Assembly (NCBI GenBank): GCA_965203295.1
Contig: CBDBCZ010000016.1
Coordinates: 1,312,001 to 1,376,000, forward strand
DNA: 64,000 nt
Reading direction: 5' to 3'
Source: Nitrospirales bacterium
GTDB taxonomy: Bacteria > Nitrospirota > Nitrospiria > Nitrospirales > UBA8639
Shown here: positions 1 through 32,900 of the stretch, one piece after another
Position numbering within the stretch: position 1 is the first letter of the stretch
Layout: each line of letters starts with the position of its first letter
Notes under the pieces: generated by a model
What the model saw: the letters and a program-made list of their open reading frames with translations, nothing else
Told to the model about the DNA's origin: nothing
The model's database searches: none
Program-made: the position numbers and the translations under genes

Positions 1-219
1 AGTGACTTGCCTGGAATAATAATTATAGTAATCACATATTTCTATACGTATAGCCAGTACTATACGAACAGAAAGCTGGAATATGCTGCACCCACTTTAT
101 AGTGAGAATCCACTCACTAGTAGCTGTTTTGTGATAGCGGACACACACAGCTCCAAGACAAACTTGCTATTTTAGGCGTTATCATTTACCATTGTTTAAG
201 TGGAAACTATAATCCTCAG

Positions 220-1700
220 TCTCCACGGCCTGCTTTATTTTCTCTGTACATTGGGAAAAGGTGGCAATGGATATTGGGAACGAGGCTTGGAATACACAAC
301 TAGTCATGTGCTTTCAAATTGCTGTGCTGGTATGCATTAATCGTTGACTATATATGTGTTTCTGTTGATTAGTGTTCAGTATGCGTGATGACAAACTATA
401 CAAAAAAGCCAAACAGTATGCCACCACAACTGCACTGTAAATCCCCTTTGAACCTTAAATGCATTCCTCTGCAGCTAGCCACCTACAATGAATAGATTCA
501 GTAATCATACCTCAGCCTAATGAACTGAAACATTACTCAGTGACTCCCCTAGTCTCACATGCCAGCTCCCTTTAAGGACTAGCACATAAGACTATATGGA
601 TGACTCTCGGCATACTATAGTAATCACATCTATCTATAGCTGCACTCAACATCCAGTTAATAGTGAGAATCCACTCAGTGGCAGCTTTCAGGTATACAAC
701 AAGGTATATAATTATGTATAATTAAAAAGTGAATGGAGTCACTTTAACATCATAGCAAGGGAGACAAGAGGGTTCTGAGTACTGAAATACTTGTTGTAGT
801 CCACCCTGAGCAGCAGCTGTGCCAGGTGAGGGGCAGAGTGGTGGTTCTTGACACTAGACACTATCTTGAAGAAAAGGGAAGACTGACGCTTGATCGAAGT
901 CCTGTGTTCAGTGTGTGAGTACAATCATGTGTTGGAGTCGCCGTATACACTGTTAAAATAGAAATGCCATACTGACTAGTGGGGTGTTGTTTCAGTTTCA
1001 GCATGCATGTGAATAACTTCAGCAACATCACTTTCCTCTGAGTCTTCCTCTATCTACCTCTACATGGTTTCACCGTAGTGGTGCACTTTCATTAGTAAAA
1101 TGCTTAGTAATACACATTCTTGACCCAAAACAATGAATCTGTATCCATGCATGTGATGTATTGAAACTCAAGGGGTATTTGGTAGTGATGGGGAATCTAA
1201 GTCTGTATACGTGTATTCAAGCCACACACTATATTTCTGCAGCTTTTACTAGCTAGGCATATTATAATAAGGCTGTTTTGTTGCTTCAATTCTTCAGCTG
1301 TTTTACCAGCCGGGCATAATACTGCTTAGTACTGTGAGGTCAATAATTGTGTATGACAAAGGGCTCAGAATCACACTACTGCATGTAATTTCTGTCCGTC
1401 ACACTTTCCTAGCTAAGTGTGTTCAAAACGATGTCTCAGGCAGATACGTTAATGCTGTCTTCAACGCCGTGGCGCATAAACAGTTGTGGAGATCTGGACA
1501 AGTCTACTATACATGCTTCTATCAAGTAAGGCATGTTACAGCTTCCAGGTTAGAAGAGTTTGTGTGGCCGCTCTATAAACAGACATACAAGGGCTGGATA
1601 CCCACAGCACAAATCAATGAATAAGTAACTAAGTTTCAGGTAATATTGTGCTAGCCATGCATGCATGCACACGTTACAGCAACCAAATTCTGTTTAGGGT
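220..1700. repeat. Segmental duplicate of ~7080-8265 (TUBGCP4 3' flank, last exon and part of last intron)
   Basis: Colinear shared blocks such as aaccttaaatgcattcct, agtgagaatccactca, tcttcaacgccgtggc and aactaagtttcaggt. This copy has an extra ~230 bp near 930-1170. Confidence 0.85.
739..901 (-). pseudogene. Duplicated, frameshifted copy of the TUBGCP4 terminal exon
   Basis: Nearly identical to 7563-7721, with two synonymous substitutions and a 4-nt insertion (TCGA, ~894-897) just after the CAG acceptor. Spliced in frame it reads DFDQASVFPFLQDSV*. Confidence 0.85.
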
Positions 1701-4599
1701 CACCGTCACCCACATCTCTGCTCACCTGCATTCACTCGCTAATAATAAGGGGGGGTAGAGTGTATGTGCATTTAGGCCTTATAAGGGGAGTACATTATCA
1801 CAATAGGGGGTACAGTGCCCCTTTAAAGTAACATATAGAGAGAACCCTGGATACAAATTTTGGGTCATGAAAGAAACTAGAGAAAAGATTTGTGTGGTAA
1901 ATCACGTGATATGTACATGGTTTGCATCTCCCCTGGGAGCATAGTAGAATACAGTCTCCCTGATCAGCTGCATCACTCACACTCACCCACATCTCTGCTC
2001 ACCTGCCTCAAATGCTATTTCACGAGTGGTCCCCATCAGCCAGAACAATTCCAGGAACTTGGTTTCTTTGGTGGATTACAAGCGTTTATGCATAAAATTG
2101 AGACTCTCTCTATAATTAATCTCTTCTTTGAGTTCACCAAAATTGGCAAAATTTAGAGGGACTGTGCAAAGTGTTATGGGAAGAAATCTGTCAAACACAA
2201 AACAAGTGGGTGATGGATGATGTTTTGAGGGTTATGTAACAGTCGATAGGGATGGAGACTGATGTGTGCAGCTTCACGCTCAAAGTTATTAAGATCTTTC
2301 AAAGATTGTGCAGTGCAGTACAAATCAAACAGGAGGACAACAAAAAGTTTTATCTCGCTTTTGTCCACTACATGTTAGGAAACCCAGTTTAGCTACTGAT
2401 AGTTCTGATGTTGGGGAGCGTGAAAAGCCACTTCCAGAATTTCGCAATGTCAATATCAAAACCACTGGTCGGGAGTACTACCCAACATTTCACTATTAGT
2501 AGAGTGCAAACCACCCACAAATAAGCTAAATGGTATGATAGAACAACAGAAATTCTAGCCCTTATAAGGCCATGTGGAATTGTTGTCAGCATGCATGTGT
2601 GAATTTTTCTCCCACTCAATTAGCATTTTTATTTGTTCTAAGAATGTTTGTTCAAGACAAAGAAACAGTACAACACCTGCAATATTTGGATTGGGATAGA
2701 GCATGCATGTGATTTAAAGCCATTCTTACAAACTCAGACTCACTTAGGCAGTGTAGGTGCTGAACTTCTGGAATGGGTAAAGTTTTTGGTCGAATACAAC
2801 CAATGTATTTCATTGTAATAAGCATACACAACCAACATGCATGCTTCCAGAGAATCCCCGATGTGAATGTCATTTGTGACTTCCAAGAAATCTAGGTACA
2901 AATACTGAAAGCTCTGAACAAGGTTTTCGTAGATTAAGTACATACCTAAAACGATCCTTGCCTCAGGATGAACCTTTATTTTGATAACAAAATTTTCTAT
3001 AGTCGCAAACACAAGCACATGTAATAATTTTTATACTCTAGCACTCAAAAAGTCATAAATAGCATTCAGCCAGAGCTATGTTCTGGGTTTTAGCCTGGGT
3101 TAAGGGATACTACACAGGTTATTGTATACATGTATATGCCACAATTATTGCATTGAAATTCATTGTATCGTGTAGAACATCATTTGAGATAGCAATAAAA
3201 AACAACATTTTAGACTAAGTGCTATCATATACTATGATACCATATAGTTTCATACATATTTAAACTCAAGGGTAAGACTCTTCTCCATCTCCATCTGCAG
3301 AACATTCATTCCAGCAAGAAGCTGGTCGCCCAATGCTATTTAGTGTATACCTACAACTAACTCACCAGGCGGGAAGAAGCCTGCACAAGACTTTCCAGTT
3401 TGTTCAGACATTGCATGCAGGCTCCAAATATGCATGAAGGGCAGAGAACCAGGGTGGTCTAACCTGAAATCAAGTAGTGGAAAATACATGAATTGCACAA
3501 ACTGAATTTACATATTATAATATTCCTATGAGCACTTTTCCAAAGTCTTCAATTTTGAGTTGCTCCTGAAATAGCTACAAAATATGTGTTTATTCTCTAT
3601 ATTTGGGAGGGGTATGTTCGTATTTGAGATTGGGAGGGGTAGCTAAGTTCATGTTCGTGCTACCGAGAATACTCTCAAATTTGGGAGGGGTATGTTCCAT
3701 TCTTGTATTATCACATTTAGGAAATTGGGAGGGGTAGCTAAGTTAATATTTGTGGTTTAAACTACCAAGTACATGAAAGGAGTAGATAAGCCTCGTACCC
3801 AGGCTCTTTGCACCTGGGCACAAGGCTAGGAGTAAGTTTATTATTAGAACGCTCTAGTTCTCAGCTATTCATATAGCTAGTCAGTGAGTTGTTAGCCTCA
3901 GAATTTCTGCTCTCATGCCATGCATGCATATTACCAACAGAATGAGTGTGTCTACGATATATAGCTCTTTGACTGGTGATCTGAAATGTACTACACCATG
4001 CAACTTTGATGAGTGTCTACATGCACGCACCGGCTGAGAAGGAAATTCGTGAATAATACATACCGGTATATACACACGTCTCAATACCGAACTCCCACAA
4101 CCTCATGCCGTACTACTTCTACGCATGCGCATGTGAAGTACAGTATAGCGGAAAAATTAAATGCGAATTTTACATTTGGCTACGACGTAGCTTATTTTTC
4201 GATCCAGTAGCTTGGAGACGTACGTATAGCAGCCCTTGTCGCTTCATTCTCAGCGGCATACTTCCTAATTCGTCCTAATACGGAGTGTAACTATTGCACT
4301 GAAAGTCTTGCTTCCGGAGGTCAGACACTCAAGGTTTCGAGTTCGATAGAGTGCACTTTACAACCCTGTTTGCCTCAAGTTCGATGTCCTTTAATACCGC
4401 AGAGAGAGGAATCGCTACACGATCGTGGGGCTAGGTACGATGCGCGCGTGGGTGTTACGGATTACATCACGCTTTATAATCGAGAATTAAATAATTTGGC
4501 CAAATTTTCCTGCTATACGGTATTCTACGTATAGGCAAAGACTGTAGCAAGAGTTATCAGTCTGAGTGGACAAACCTGGCACTACTGCTTTTCAGCACA

Positions 4600-6453
4600 A
4601 TGGATAAAATTTACTTCATTGTTGTAGCAGCAATTCTATACCTTCTAAGAAGTCTGGTAGTCGTGGAGTGTGATACTACCCAGTGTACCAGCAAGGAGAG
4701 CTGCAACTTTGGAATTACAACCAATCAAGTGCCTAGTGAAGTGGACAGGAACACCAGTTGCGAGAACACCTGGTTCTTCCCAGCCCCCGATGATGACCAT
4801 ACCTGTGAGTGTGGTAGTACTGTAGGGAATAAAGTGAGATGCAACAATGCAACCAAGAAAGTGGATATTCTTGACTGCTACTGCATGACATACAGCGAGG
4901 ACGACCACTCAACAGTGCTTGGACAGTGTGCATATGGTTGTAGTCAGAAATCCAGTTATTACTCTCTCCCATCCAATATTTCTCAGCTGAATGAAGAGGT
5001 CTGTGGATGGCTTAATCGTGATGGTCAATTATGTGGTAGATGCAAAGACAGTTTTGCACCAGCAGTATACTCCTACAGCTTAAGTTGTGTAGAGTGCAAG
5101 GATTATCATTATAATTGGGTGAAGTATGCAGTGATTTCATTATTACCCCTAACTGTGTTCTTTTTTGTTATCGCACTTACTAGGATTAAATTACTTTCAG
5201 GTGCATGGTCAGGTTACATTTTGATTAGTCAAATACTGTCAACACCTCTTCTCATGCGTGTATATCAGCTACATCACAACACATTCCACTTCACTCTAGG
5301 TATTCTTAGTGTACCTTATGGTGTCTCAAATCTCGATTTTTTTCGTCTTTTATACCCACCATTTTGCCTACATCCTCACATGTCCACCATCCAAGCTTTA
5401 GCACTGGACTACATCACAGCTGTTTATCCCCTGACACTAATTGTAATCACTTATTTTCTGGTTGTACTGTACGACAACAATGTAAGAATAATTAGGTGGC
5501 TATGGAAGCCCTTTCGTTACTGCTCTATTCGTTTTAGAAGGAACTGGAACATCAAAAGTTCGTTAGTCGATTCTTTTGCTACCTTCATTATTTTATCCTA
5601 CATCAAATTTTTGGATGTATCTATCAATCTTTTGATTCCCGTTCGTCTTTTTAATATTCATGGGAAGTCAGTCGGGCTGTATCTTTTTTATGATGCCACA
5701 GTTAAATATTTCAGCAAACAGCACCTTCCATATGCATTCCTGGCCCTTGGAGTATTCCTGACTTTTAATGTTTTCCCAGCCATACTGTTGAGCTTGTATC
5801 CCTGTCAATGTTTTCAGAAATGCTTGAATCGCTGCAGGCTTAGTAACTGTCAGGCACTGCATATATTCATGGATGCCTTTCAAGGTTGCTACAAGGATGG
5901 AACAAATGATACAAAAGATTGTAGGTGGTATGCAGCAGTGTACTTGTGGGCTCGAATTGCATTATTCATTGTGAGTGCAGTAGCTCTTTCAGATTTATGG
6001 TTACCTTTTGTAGCATTTGTTCTCCTCATTATGCTGATTCTAGTTACTGTATTCCATCCCTACAAGTCTCCTACTTTCAACACTGTTGAAACTATCTTAT
6101 TTTTTGTAATGGCTTTCATACTTGTATCAGCCATGGCACATGTTATATCGGATTATATAGTCCATCACTTCCAGAAAATGTTGGATGTAATTGGTAGCAT
6201 TTTCGCGATTGTTCCATTCATATATGTACTGGCAGTCTTGCTGTACAGGCTGCTATTCCAAAGCCACTGTGTGCAAAGTGTCTACCAAAAGGTCAAGCCT
6301 TGGCTACTATGCTACTGCAAAGATTCAATTACTCACGCAGACTCACAAGAGTCATTGCCAGACAGAATAGCTTACGACCATCCTGAAGAGAACACAGCCC
6401 TACTACCTGTGCCAGTGCAATGGGATAGCGATTCTGAGGCTACTAATTATTAA
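4600..6453 (+). CDS. Intronless 617-aa membrane protein: signal peptide, Cys-rich ectodomain, multi-pass TM region (receptor-like, uncharacterised family)
   Basis: Long ORF with a hydrophobic N-terminus. Cys-rich region contains CYCMTY and NRDGQLCGRC..SCVEC. At least 7 hydrophobic segments follow, with an FMDAFQGCYKDG motif. AATAAA at ~6630. Confidence 0.85.
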   Translation: MDKIYFIVVAAILYLLRSLVVVECDTTQCTSKESCNFGITTNQVPSEVDRNTSCENTWFFPAPDDDHTCECGSTVGNKVRCNNATKKVDILDCYCMTYSEDDHSTVLGQCAYGCSQKSSYYSLPSNISQLNEEVCGWLNRDGQLCGRCKDSFAPAVYSYSLSCVECKDYHYNWVKYAVISLLPLTVFFFVIALTRIKLLSGAWSGYILISQILSTPLLMRVYQLHHNTFHFTLGILSVPYGVSNLDFFRLLYPPFCLHPHMSTIQALALDYITAVYPLTLIVITYFLVVLYDNNVRIIRWLWKPFRYCSIRFRRNWNIKSSLVDSFATFIILSYIKFLDVSINLLIPVRLFNIHGKSVGLYLFYDATVKYFSKQHLPYAFLALGVFLTFNVFPAILLSLYPCQCFQKCLNRCRLSNCQALHIFMDAFQGCYKDGTNDTKDCRWYAAVYLWARIALFIVSAVALSDLWLPFVAFVLLIMLILVTVFHPYKSPTFNTVETILFFVMAFILVSAMAHVISDYIVHHFQKMLDVIGSIFAIVPFIYVLAVLLYRLLFQSHCVQSVYQKVKPWLLCYCKDSITHADSQESLPDRIAYDHPEENTALLPVPVQWDSDSEATNY

Positions 6454-7562
6454 CTTGGACAGAGGCTGAAAGAACAAGATAACAATGTATACAGGAGCCT
6501 TAAAGCTCATTGTGATTGCATACTTGAATGTGTTTACATACACATAGTATTAGGTACTGTATATGGTACTGTCTTGATGGCTATAATGTACAATGTCATG
6601 CTATTTCTGTTTCCATTATCATTGAATGTAATAAAGTAACTGTGGATTAGCTACGGTATTGCTTCTGGCTAGACTGTGTTATTGTAACGGTAAGGGGAGA
6701 GGCTATATAGTTGGAATGCAATTGGTGTGGTCCATCAGACTGGGAGTATGAGCTATATATATACAGGGATTTGGAGGAGTTATACCCAACTCCCCAGCTG
6801 ATTCTGTAGTTTATTTTGCAAACTGCTGTTACTACATATGTACATTTGTCATAATACGACATGTTTCTCTGTACTATTAGCACATAACTAATGTGCACAT
6901 GTAATTACAATACACTTTAAGTACACTTGCTTAAAACTGCAACTGATAATAGCTGGGTTTAAGTAATCCTTTTATTTTTACAGTGTATATACATGTAGAT
7001 GATATATGGGCATACACAGTAGAAGCTAGGGCAAAACTGTTATCTAATTTACCGATGATTGCCTAGCCTAGTTCCCAGTCTCCACTGGCAGCTCTATTTT
7101 GCGTGTTGGGAAAAGGTGGCGGTGGAGACTGGGAACGAGGCAAGGAATAATCACCCATGTGTTTTCAATTTACTGTACAGGTATGCATTAATGTATATTT
7201 CATGCGATTAGTGTTCAGTACCCTGATGACAAACTAACATGGCAACCACAACTGCATTGTAAATCCCTTCTAAACCTTAAATGCATTCCTCAACAGCTTG
7301 CCACCAACAATAACCAATGTCAACAATCATACCTCAACCTAATTAACATGCCTAAGTATTGAATCATTGCTCAGGGATTCCCCTAGTCTCACAAGCCAGG
7401 CCCCTTTACAGACAGGGACTGGCACATGAGACTGTGACTCTGTACATAGTTATTCCATCTATCTTTAGCCAGCACTCACCATCCAATTTAAAGTGAGAAT
7501 CCACTCATTGGCAACTTTCAGTTTTAAGAAAAGGAATATAATTATGTATAAAGTCAATGGAG

Positions 7563-26817
<19,255 letters not shown>

Positions 26818-26922
26818 CCTTTTATTACAGCCCGCCTTCGCCTTCGTATGATACAAAGGGTTAAACTGGTTTATTGTAAACAAAATCAAGTTAACCCTTT
26901 TTGATAGCGCGTGTGTTGCGCA
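26818..26922. promoter_or_regulatory. Bidirectional promoter region TUBGCP4/ALG8
   Basis: Only 105 bp between divergent ATGs. Contains the inverted pair AAAGGGTTAA (26855-26864) / TTAACCCTTT (26891-26900). Confidence 0.7.
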
Positions 26923-29900
26923 ATGGCCACTTCTGCAGGAGTGCCGCTGTTGGTGTTCACTCTGGCTACTTTCGTCAAGATCCTGCTCGTCCCCGCCTAG
27001 TAAGCGGCTGGGACTGCCGATACTGCAGCTACAGGAACATTCCTGAGAAATGTTGCATGCTTTCTACACGAAATTAATAGGCTATAAATTATTCATTTTG
27101 TTGCTCAAGTTCTTTTCATCTTTTTTTTTTCCAGTAGGTCTACAGACTTTGAGGTACACAGAAATTGGCTGGCCATCACACACACATTGCCCATTTCGAG
27201 ATGGTACTATGAGGTAAGTACATCTCACCGTATTGCCTCGTTGCATTTTTCTTGTCTGCCGCATATGACTCTCTCCCCTCTCTTCTCCCTCCCCCTCCCC
27301 TCCCCCTCCCCTCCCTTCCCTTCCCCTCCCCTCCCCTCCCCTCCCCCTCCTCCTCCCCTCCCCTCCCCTCCCCTCCCCTCCCCTCCCCCTCCCCTCCCCT
27401 CCCCTCCCCTCCCCTCCCCTCCCCTCCCCCAGGACACCTCTGAGTGGACACTAGACTACCCTCCTCTCTTTGCATGGTTCGAGTACCTCCTCTCCTCCAT
27501 TGCTGCTCTGGTGGACCCAGCGATCGTGACACTCCACAACCTCAACTATGAGGCTCACTCCTGCGTGCTGTTCCAGAGGTTCTCAGTCATCGCCAGCGAC
27601 CTTGTCCTGCTCTACGCAGTCCAACAGTGAGTGTGGCTGTTGAATACCATAGTTCCATTGCTTTAGCATATCTTTTGTGTCATCAGCTTCAGACAGTCAA
27701 CAGAGAGCCAGAAACAGTAACTGATTATTCCGCGCTGCATATATACGAGCAGGGCTAGGCAATTGGCTTCTTACCTCCCGTGTGTATGTGCAAGTGGGGT
27801 TAAGCAATTGGTTCTGTCTGTCTGTCGTTGTTGTCGTCGTTGCCTGTCATAAAAATTTTTGAAAAAACTTCATAGCGTGCAATTTAGAGGCTATAACAAC
27901 TTCAAAGCAGGAGGTAAAGATTCAAAAAATTGACGTGAGCGTACTTGACAGTGACCAAAGCACTTCTAGTCTCTGCATGTCCAGCGCTTTCTTATTCAAC
28001 ATCGGTAAGGTCTGCCATTTAATACGGTCAAGAACTTGAACACGACAGAGGCCGGGCATACACAGTCTCTTTCATACTAAAGTATACGTAGACAAGTGTC
28101 CGTGTCATTACTACAGCAATCAGTCACGCCCACAGCTTGGGTACGGCATTACACTAGCATGGTGTATGTGTCTTTCATGCTGATTAGTCCTGTCTCCAGA
28201 GTCCAGGAGAATGGGGTATGATGTCTCTACTAGAGACTTCTAGTTTAAGCATCTGTCGTTCTGATCAAAATAATAGTTTTCTGTGTCGTGTTCATGTGTA
28301 ATATGTAATGGTCCTAATTAATGCTCAATCATGCGCAATAGCCAACCTCTGTAACCTGTATTGTTTAACTGAATCAGAGTAGCTCAATTGTGTTTCGTGA
28401 ATAATTAATGTTGCGACTTTGTGGGGCGAGCCTTTGTGAGAACTGACTGGCTTTATGAAAACCCCTTGGATCTAAGAAAAAGTGGTGGTTCTTACAGGAG
28501 GTGATTCTGCAGTAATGACCCTGGAAACGGTCTTTCTTCTTTCATATATACAATGTAGATCATACATGTATTCCTCACTTGAAAACCCAGTTTGGGTCGA
28601 AAACGTTTATGCAAGTACCGTTTAATCGACTCATCAGAACTACCACCCATGTTGCAAATTCTACGTTGCTTCCAGTAGCTTTTTTTGCAAAGGGAGATTG
28701 CTGTTGTAGTTTGGACCACCCCCTTCCCCCGCCCATTTCATTAAAATATTAGCATTGCATGCAGAGGTCACATCTTTGAACTCATTGTAGCGGCACACCT
28801 GTATACAGGCACATTTACTATAATTAGTTTACGCAAAGTTCCTATTTATAGGTTAACATAGACACGCATACATGAATTGGCCCTTGGCGAAGGGAAACTC
28901 CCTCCCTACGCCCATACAGTCATTTGGCCACACCTTTGTAATGTAACTGTACCAAAATTAGACAAATTTTTGTATCATGCAGGGCAAAATTGGCAGGCAA
29001 TTAAAGATCGCTAACTATTAAAGGCTATAGCTACACTGCTACACAGTTAACCGGGCACTACAGTCACTGTCTGTGATAGCGTTTAGTGTTTCTTGAAAAC
29101 TATGACCTGCAAAGTGGAACAAGAACTAGTACATGTTACCAACGATTTGTCAACAATACCACATGGGTCTGGGATTATCTTGCCTGAAGTGCTCTCCTCT
29201 AATGCATTCACCAGCCACCTAGACTAAACTACTTAGTGGGCATACAGCTGCACAGATGCACTAGCAAAGCCCACTGTAGCCTCCAACGCAGGCCAGAGCT
29301 ACCCTGACTAGACTGTACAGCTACAGTAGTGTGCAGAATGGCAAGGTACATACTAGTGTTGTTTGAAACCAAAACAAAAATTGTTTTGGTAGAAGCAAAA
29401 AACAAAACTTATACTTGGTAACCTACATGTATGTGCCCAGGCCTCCTGCCCAATTCGCAACCATAGAGTAAACTTGGGCTACATACTGTAAGCCTATAGC
29501 AGGTACCCGTACGTATTCACACTGAGGCCTTTAAGTGGGCACACATACACATCTTCAGGACTGGGCTTATAACTCAGTTCAGGGTGGGCTCGTGCTCAGG
29601 GGTGGGCCTATACTTAGTCTCATGGCTTCTTCCCCTCACTGAAATGGTCTGGTCCAGAGTAAAGCTTGTTTCAGCCGCTCATACTCCGGGCAGTGCCAAT
29701 GATTTTGTGAGCCTAAGAATTCCATTCAGGCCGTGGAGATAATGGCATCGTTTGATTTTGGCAAGTATTAGCAGTGGTTTGATGTAGCTAGTGATTGATA
29801 CATACTGCTCTTCGTGCTGCTTGGCGAGATCAGGGCTACGAAAAGAATTAAAGCAGATTGTTTATTTCATCACTCCTTTGACCAATCAGGACAAGTATTC

Positions 29901-32900
29901 AATCAACCTTGTTAACCTTTAATCAGAGAACCTACTGGAATTGCATTACCTTATTTGAGATGTACTGGATACCTGTGTTGCAGCACCAGTTGTACTGGCT
30001 CCAAGCATACCCCCTTCCCCCCCCCCCTCCCTGAGGCCAGTCCTGCATGTAGTTGTGCATACTGTTGCTACAACATTACTACAGTATGTTGAGTGACAGG
30101 GGTACAAATTCACTTCTTTCAATAAGTGCATCCTTGGATTAGGGTCATGCACCCCCGAGTATGAGCCCACCCCCGAGTGTGAGCCCACCCCTGAGTATGA
30201 ACCCACCCCTGAGTATGAGCCCACCCCCGAGTATGAGTCCACCTCTGAGTATGAGCCCACCCCTGAGTATGAGCCCACCCCTGAGTATGAACCCACCCCT
30301 GAGTATGAGCCCACCCCTGAGTATGAGCTGAGTATGAGCCCACCCCTGAGTACATGTATGAGCTCATCCCTGAGTATGAGCCCACCCCTGAGTATGAGCC
30401 CATCCTCTGAGTATGAGCCCACCCCTGAGTATGAGCCCATCCTCTGAGTATGAGCCCACCCCTGAGTATGAGCCCACCCCTGAGTATGAGCCCACCTCTC
30501 TGAGTATGAGCCCACCCCTGAGTATGAGCCCACCCCTGAGTATGAGCCCACCCCTGAGTACATGTATGAGCCCACTGAGAGTATGAGCCCACCCCTGAGT
30601 ATGAGCCCATCCTCTGAGTATGAGCCCACCCCTGAGTATGAGCCCACCCCTGAGTATGAGCCCACCCCTGAGTATGAGCCCACCCCTGAGTATGAGCCCA
30701 TCCTCTGAGTATGAGCCCATCCCTGAGTATGAGCCCACCTCTCTGAGTATGAGCCCACCCCTGAGTATGAGCCCATCCTCTGAGTATGAGCCCACCCCTG
30801 AGTATGAGCCCACCCCTGAGTATGAGCCCACCTCTCTGAGTATGAGCCCACTCCTGAGTATGAGCCCACCCCTGAGTATGAGCCCACCCCTGAGTATGAG
30901 CCCACCTCTCTGAGTATGAGCCCACCCCTGAGTATGAGCCCACCCCTGAGTACATGTATGAGCCCACTGAGAGTATGAGCCCACCCCTGAGTATGAGCCC
31001 ATCCTCTGAGTATGAGCCCACCCCTGAGTATGAGCCCACCCCTGAGTATGAGCCCACCTCTCTGAGTATGAGCCCACCCCTGAGTATGAGCCCACCCCTG
31101 AGTATGAGCCCATCCCTGAGTATGAGCCCACCCCTGAGTACATGTATGAGCCCACTGAGAGTATGAGCCCACCTCTCTGAGTATGAGCCCACCTCTGAGT
31201 ATGAGCCCACTGAGAGTATGAGCCCACCTATCAGCTAGTCTCAAGCCCACACTGTGGCTCCTCTCCCACACCGTAGCATATTGCCTTACCACAATCTCAC
31301 TTTGCATATACTCCTGCATAAAGAAGGTAACTATCGACTAGAAAGTAGCTACAATACTGTACAGAATAGCAACATGCTATTGTAGAGACTACATATGCTG
31401 CTCCTTCACCATAAAGACTGGGCTTGGTTTGGGAATGAGACTGGACTGGGAATGAGACTGGACTGGGAATGAGACTGTACTTGGAATGAGACTGTACTGG
31501 GAATGAGACTGGACTGGGAATGAGACTGGACTGGGAATGAGACTGTACTTGGAATGAGACTGTACTGGGAATGAGACTGTACTTGGAATGAGACTGGACT
31601 GGGAATGAGACTGTACTGGGAATGAGACTGTACTTGGAATGAGACTGTACTGGGAATGAGACTGGACTTGGAATGAGACTGGGCAGACACTGAATGCTAT
31701 ACAGTAGAACCCCTCTATTGTGGACACCTTGGGGACCTGGTAAAGTGTCCTGTATAGAGAGGTGTCCTCACTTCAGGGGTAAATTTGTATTAAGAAAGCA
31801 TGTTTGGGACACAGCAAAGTGTCCTTAATACAGAAGTGCCCCTTATTTCAGGGGTGTCCTTTAAGAGGGGTTCCACTGTAGTGTTCCACGATCTTCCCTC
31901 TGCCGCAGGTACTGTCGCTACCAAGAGAGCCGGTCGTCTGACGTCTTGCTGGCCTCCAGGAAGACCCTCGTCCTCTCCGTACTCCTGCTGCTGAACTACG
32001 GCCTGATCGTCGTGGACCGTATCCTGTGTGTTAATTATTGTAGGGCCTCTCCCACTAATTAGTGGCACAATCTGTGAGTCGCATAGAACTCACTTACTGT
32101 GCATATATAGGCTTCAGTTTGCCTGAAAGCCTAAATTAGTATCTCTTGCGGTGTTGTCTCTTGATTTATTTATTCTGCTTAGCCTTGTTCCCAGGCTCCA
32201 CTTCCCAGTATTTTATCACACTGTGTATAAAAGATTGTATACGCTATGTGATAAAAAGCTTTTATATATATGTGGGGTGAAAATTACTGGGGAGTGGAGT
32301 CTGGAATCGAGGCTAAGTACCATGCACAGGTAGAGGACTGGAGTTAGCACAGATGATGTTGGGGCTCTAATATACTATCCGAGGACGCCAAATTTTTTGA
32401 CATTTTCGCTGTTTAGTCATGCTGAACATTTCATGAAAAACAAATCTCACGGACCAAGGATCCTTGATAGCCGCGCCGTGTAGTGCCAAACATTTCGCTA
32501 GCTTAATTTTCGCGGTCTAAAAGGTAACCGCAAAAAATTGCAAAATTTTTGTGCCATAAAAATTTGGTGCTATATGGTAGATCAAAATACAAGGTTGTGG
32601 TGGCAATCCTGCATTAGTGTGAATGTGTTGGGAGGGTGAGCATGCATGCAGTATATTACGCAAGTGTTTGTTATGTGTAAACCTGAACTGGACAGCAGTG
32701 TGGAGGAGTACCCAAGAACGAGCCCAGCAAAAGTGTTGCTTTCGAGAAAAACTTTTTTGGAGCCATAATTTGTGTGCCTCAAAAAATCTGGTGCTACACA
32801 GTAGATCAAGTGCAGGGTTTGTTGTGCATGCAGTGATATCCTGCATGTGAAGTGGTGTAGGTTAGAGCATGCATGTGAAGTGGTGTAGGTTAGAGCATGC

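Noticed and set aside
29946..31319. Long ORFs of 287-457 aa (GWAHTQ/GVGSYS/RGGLIL repeats)
   Set aside because: These arise from a stop-free 18-bp minisatellite in an ALG8 intron and are open in several frames.
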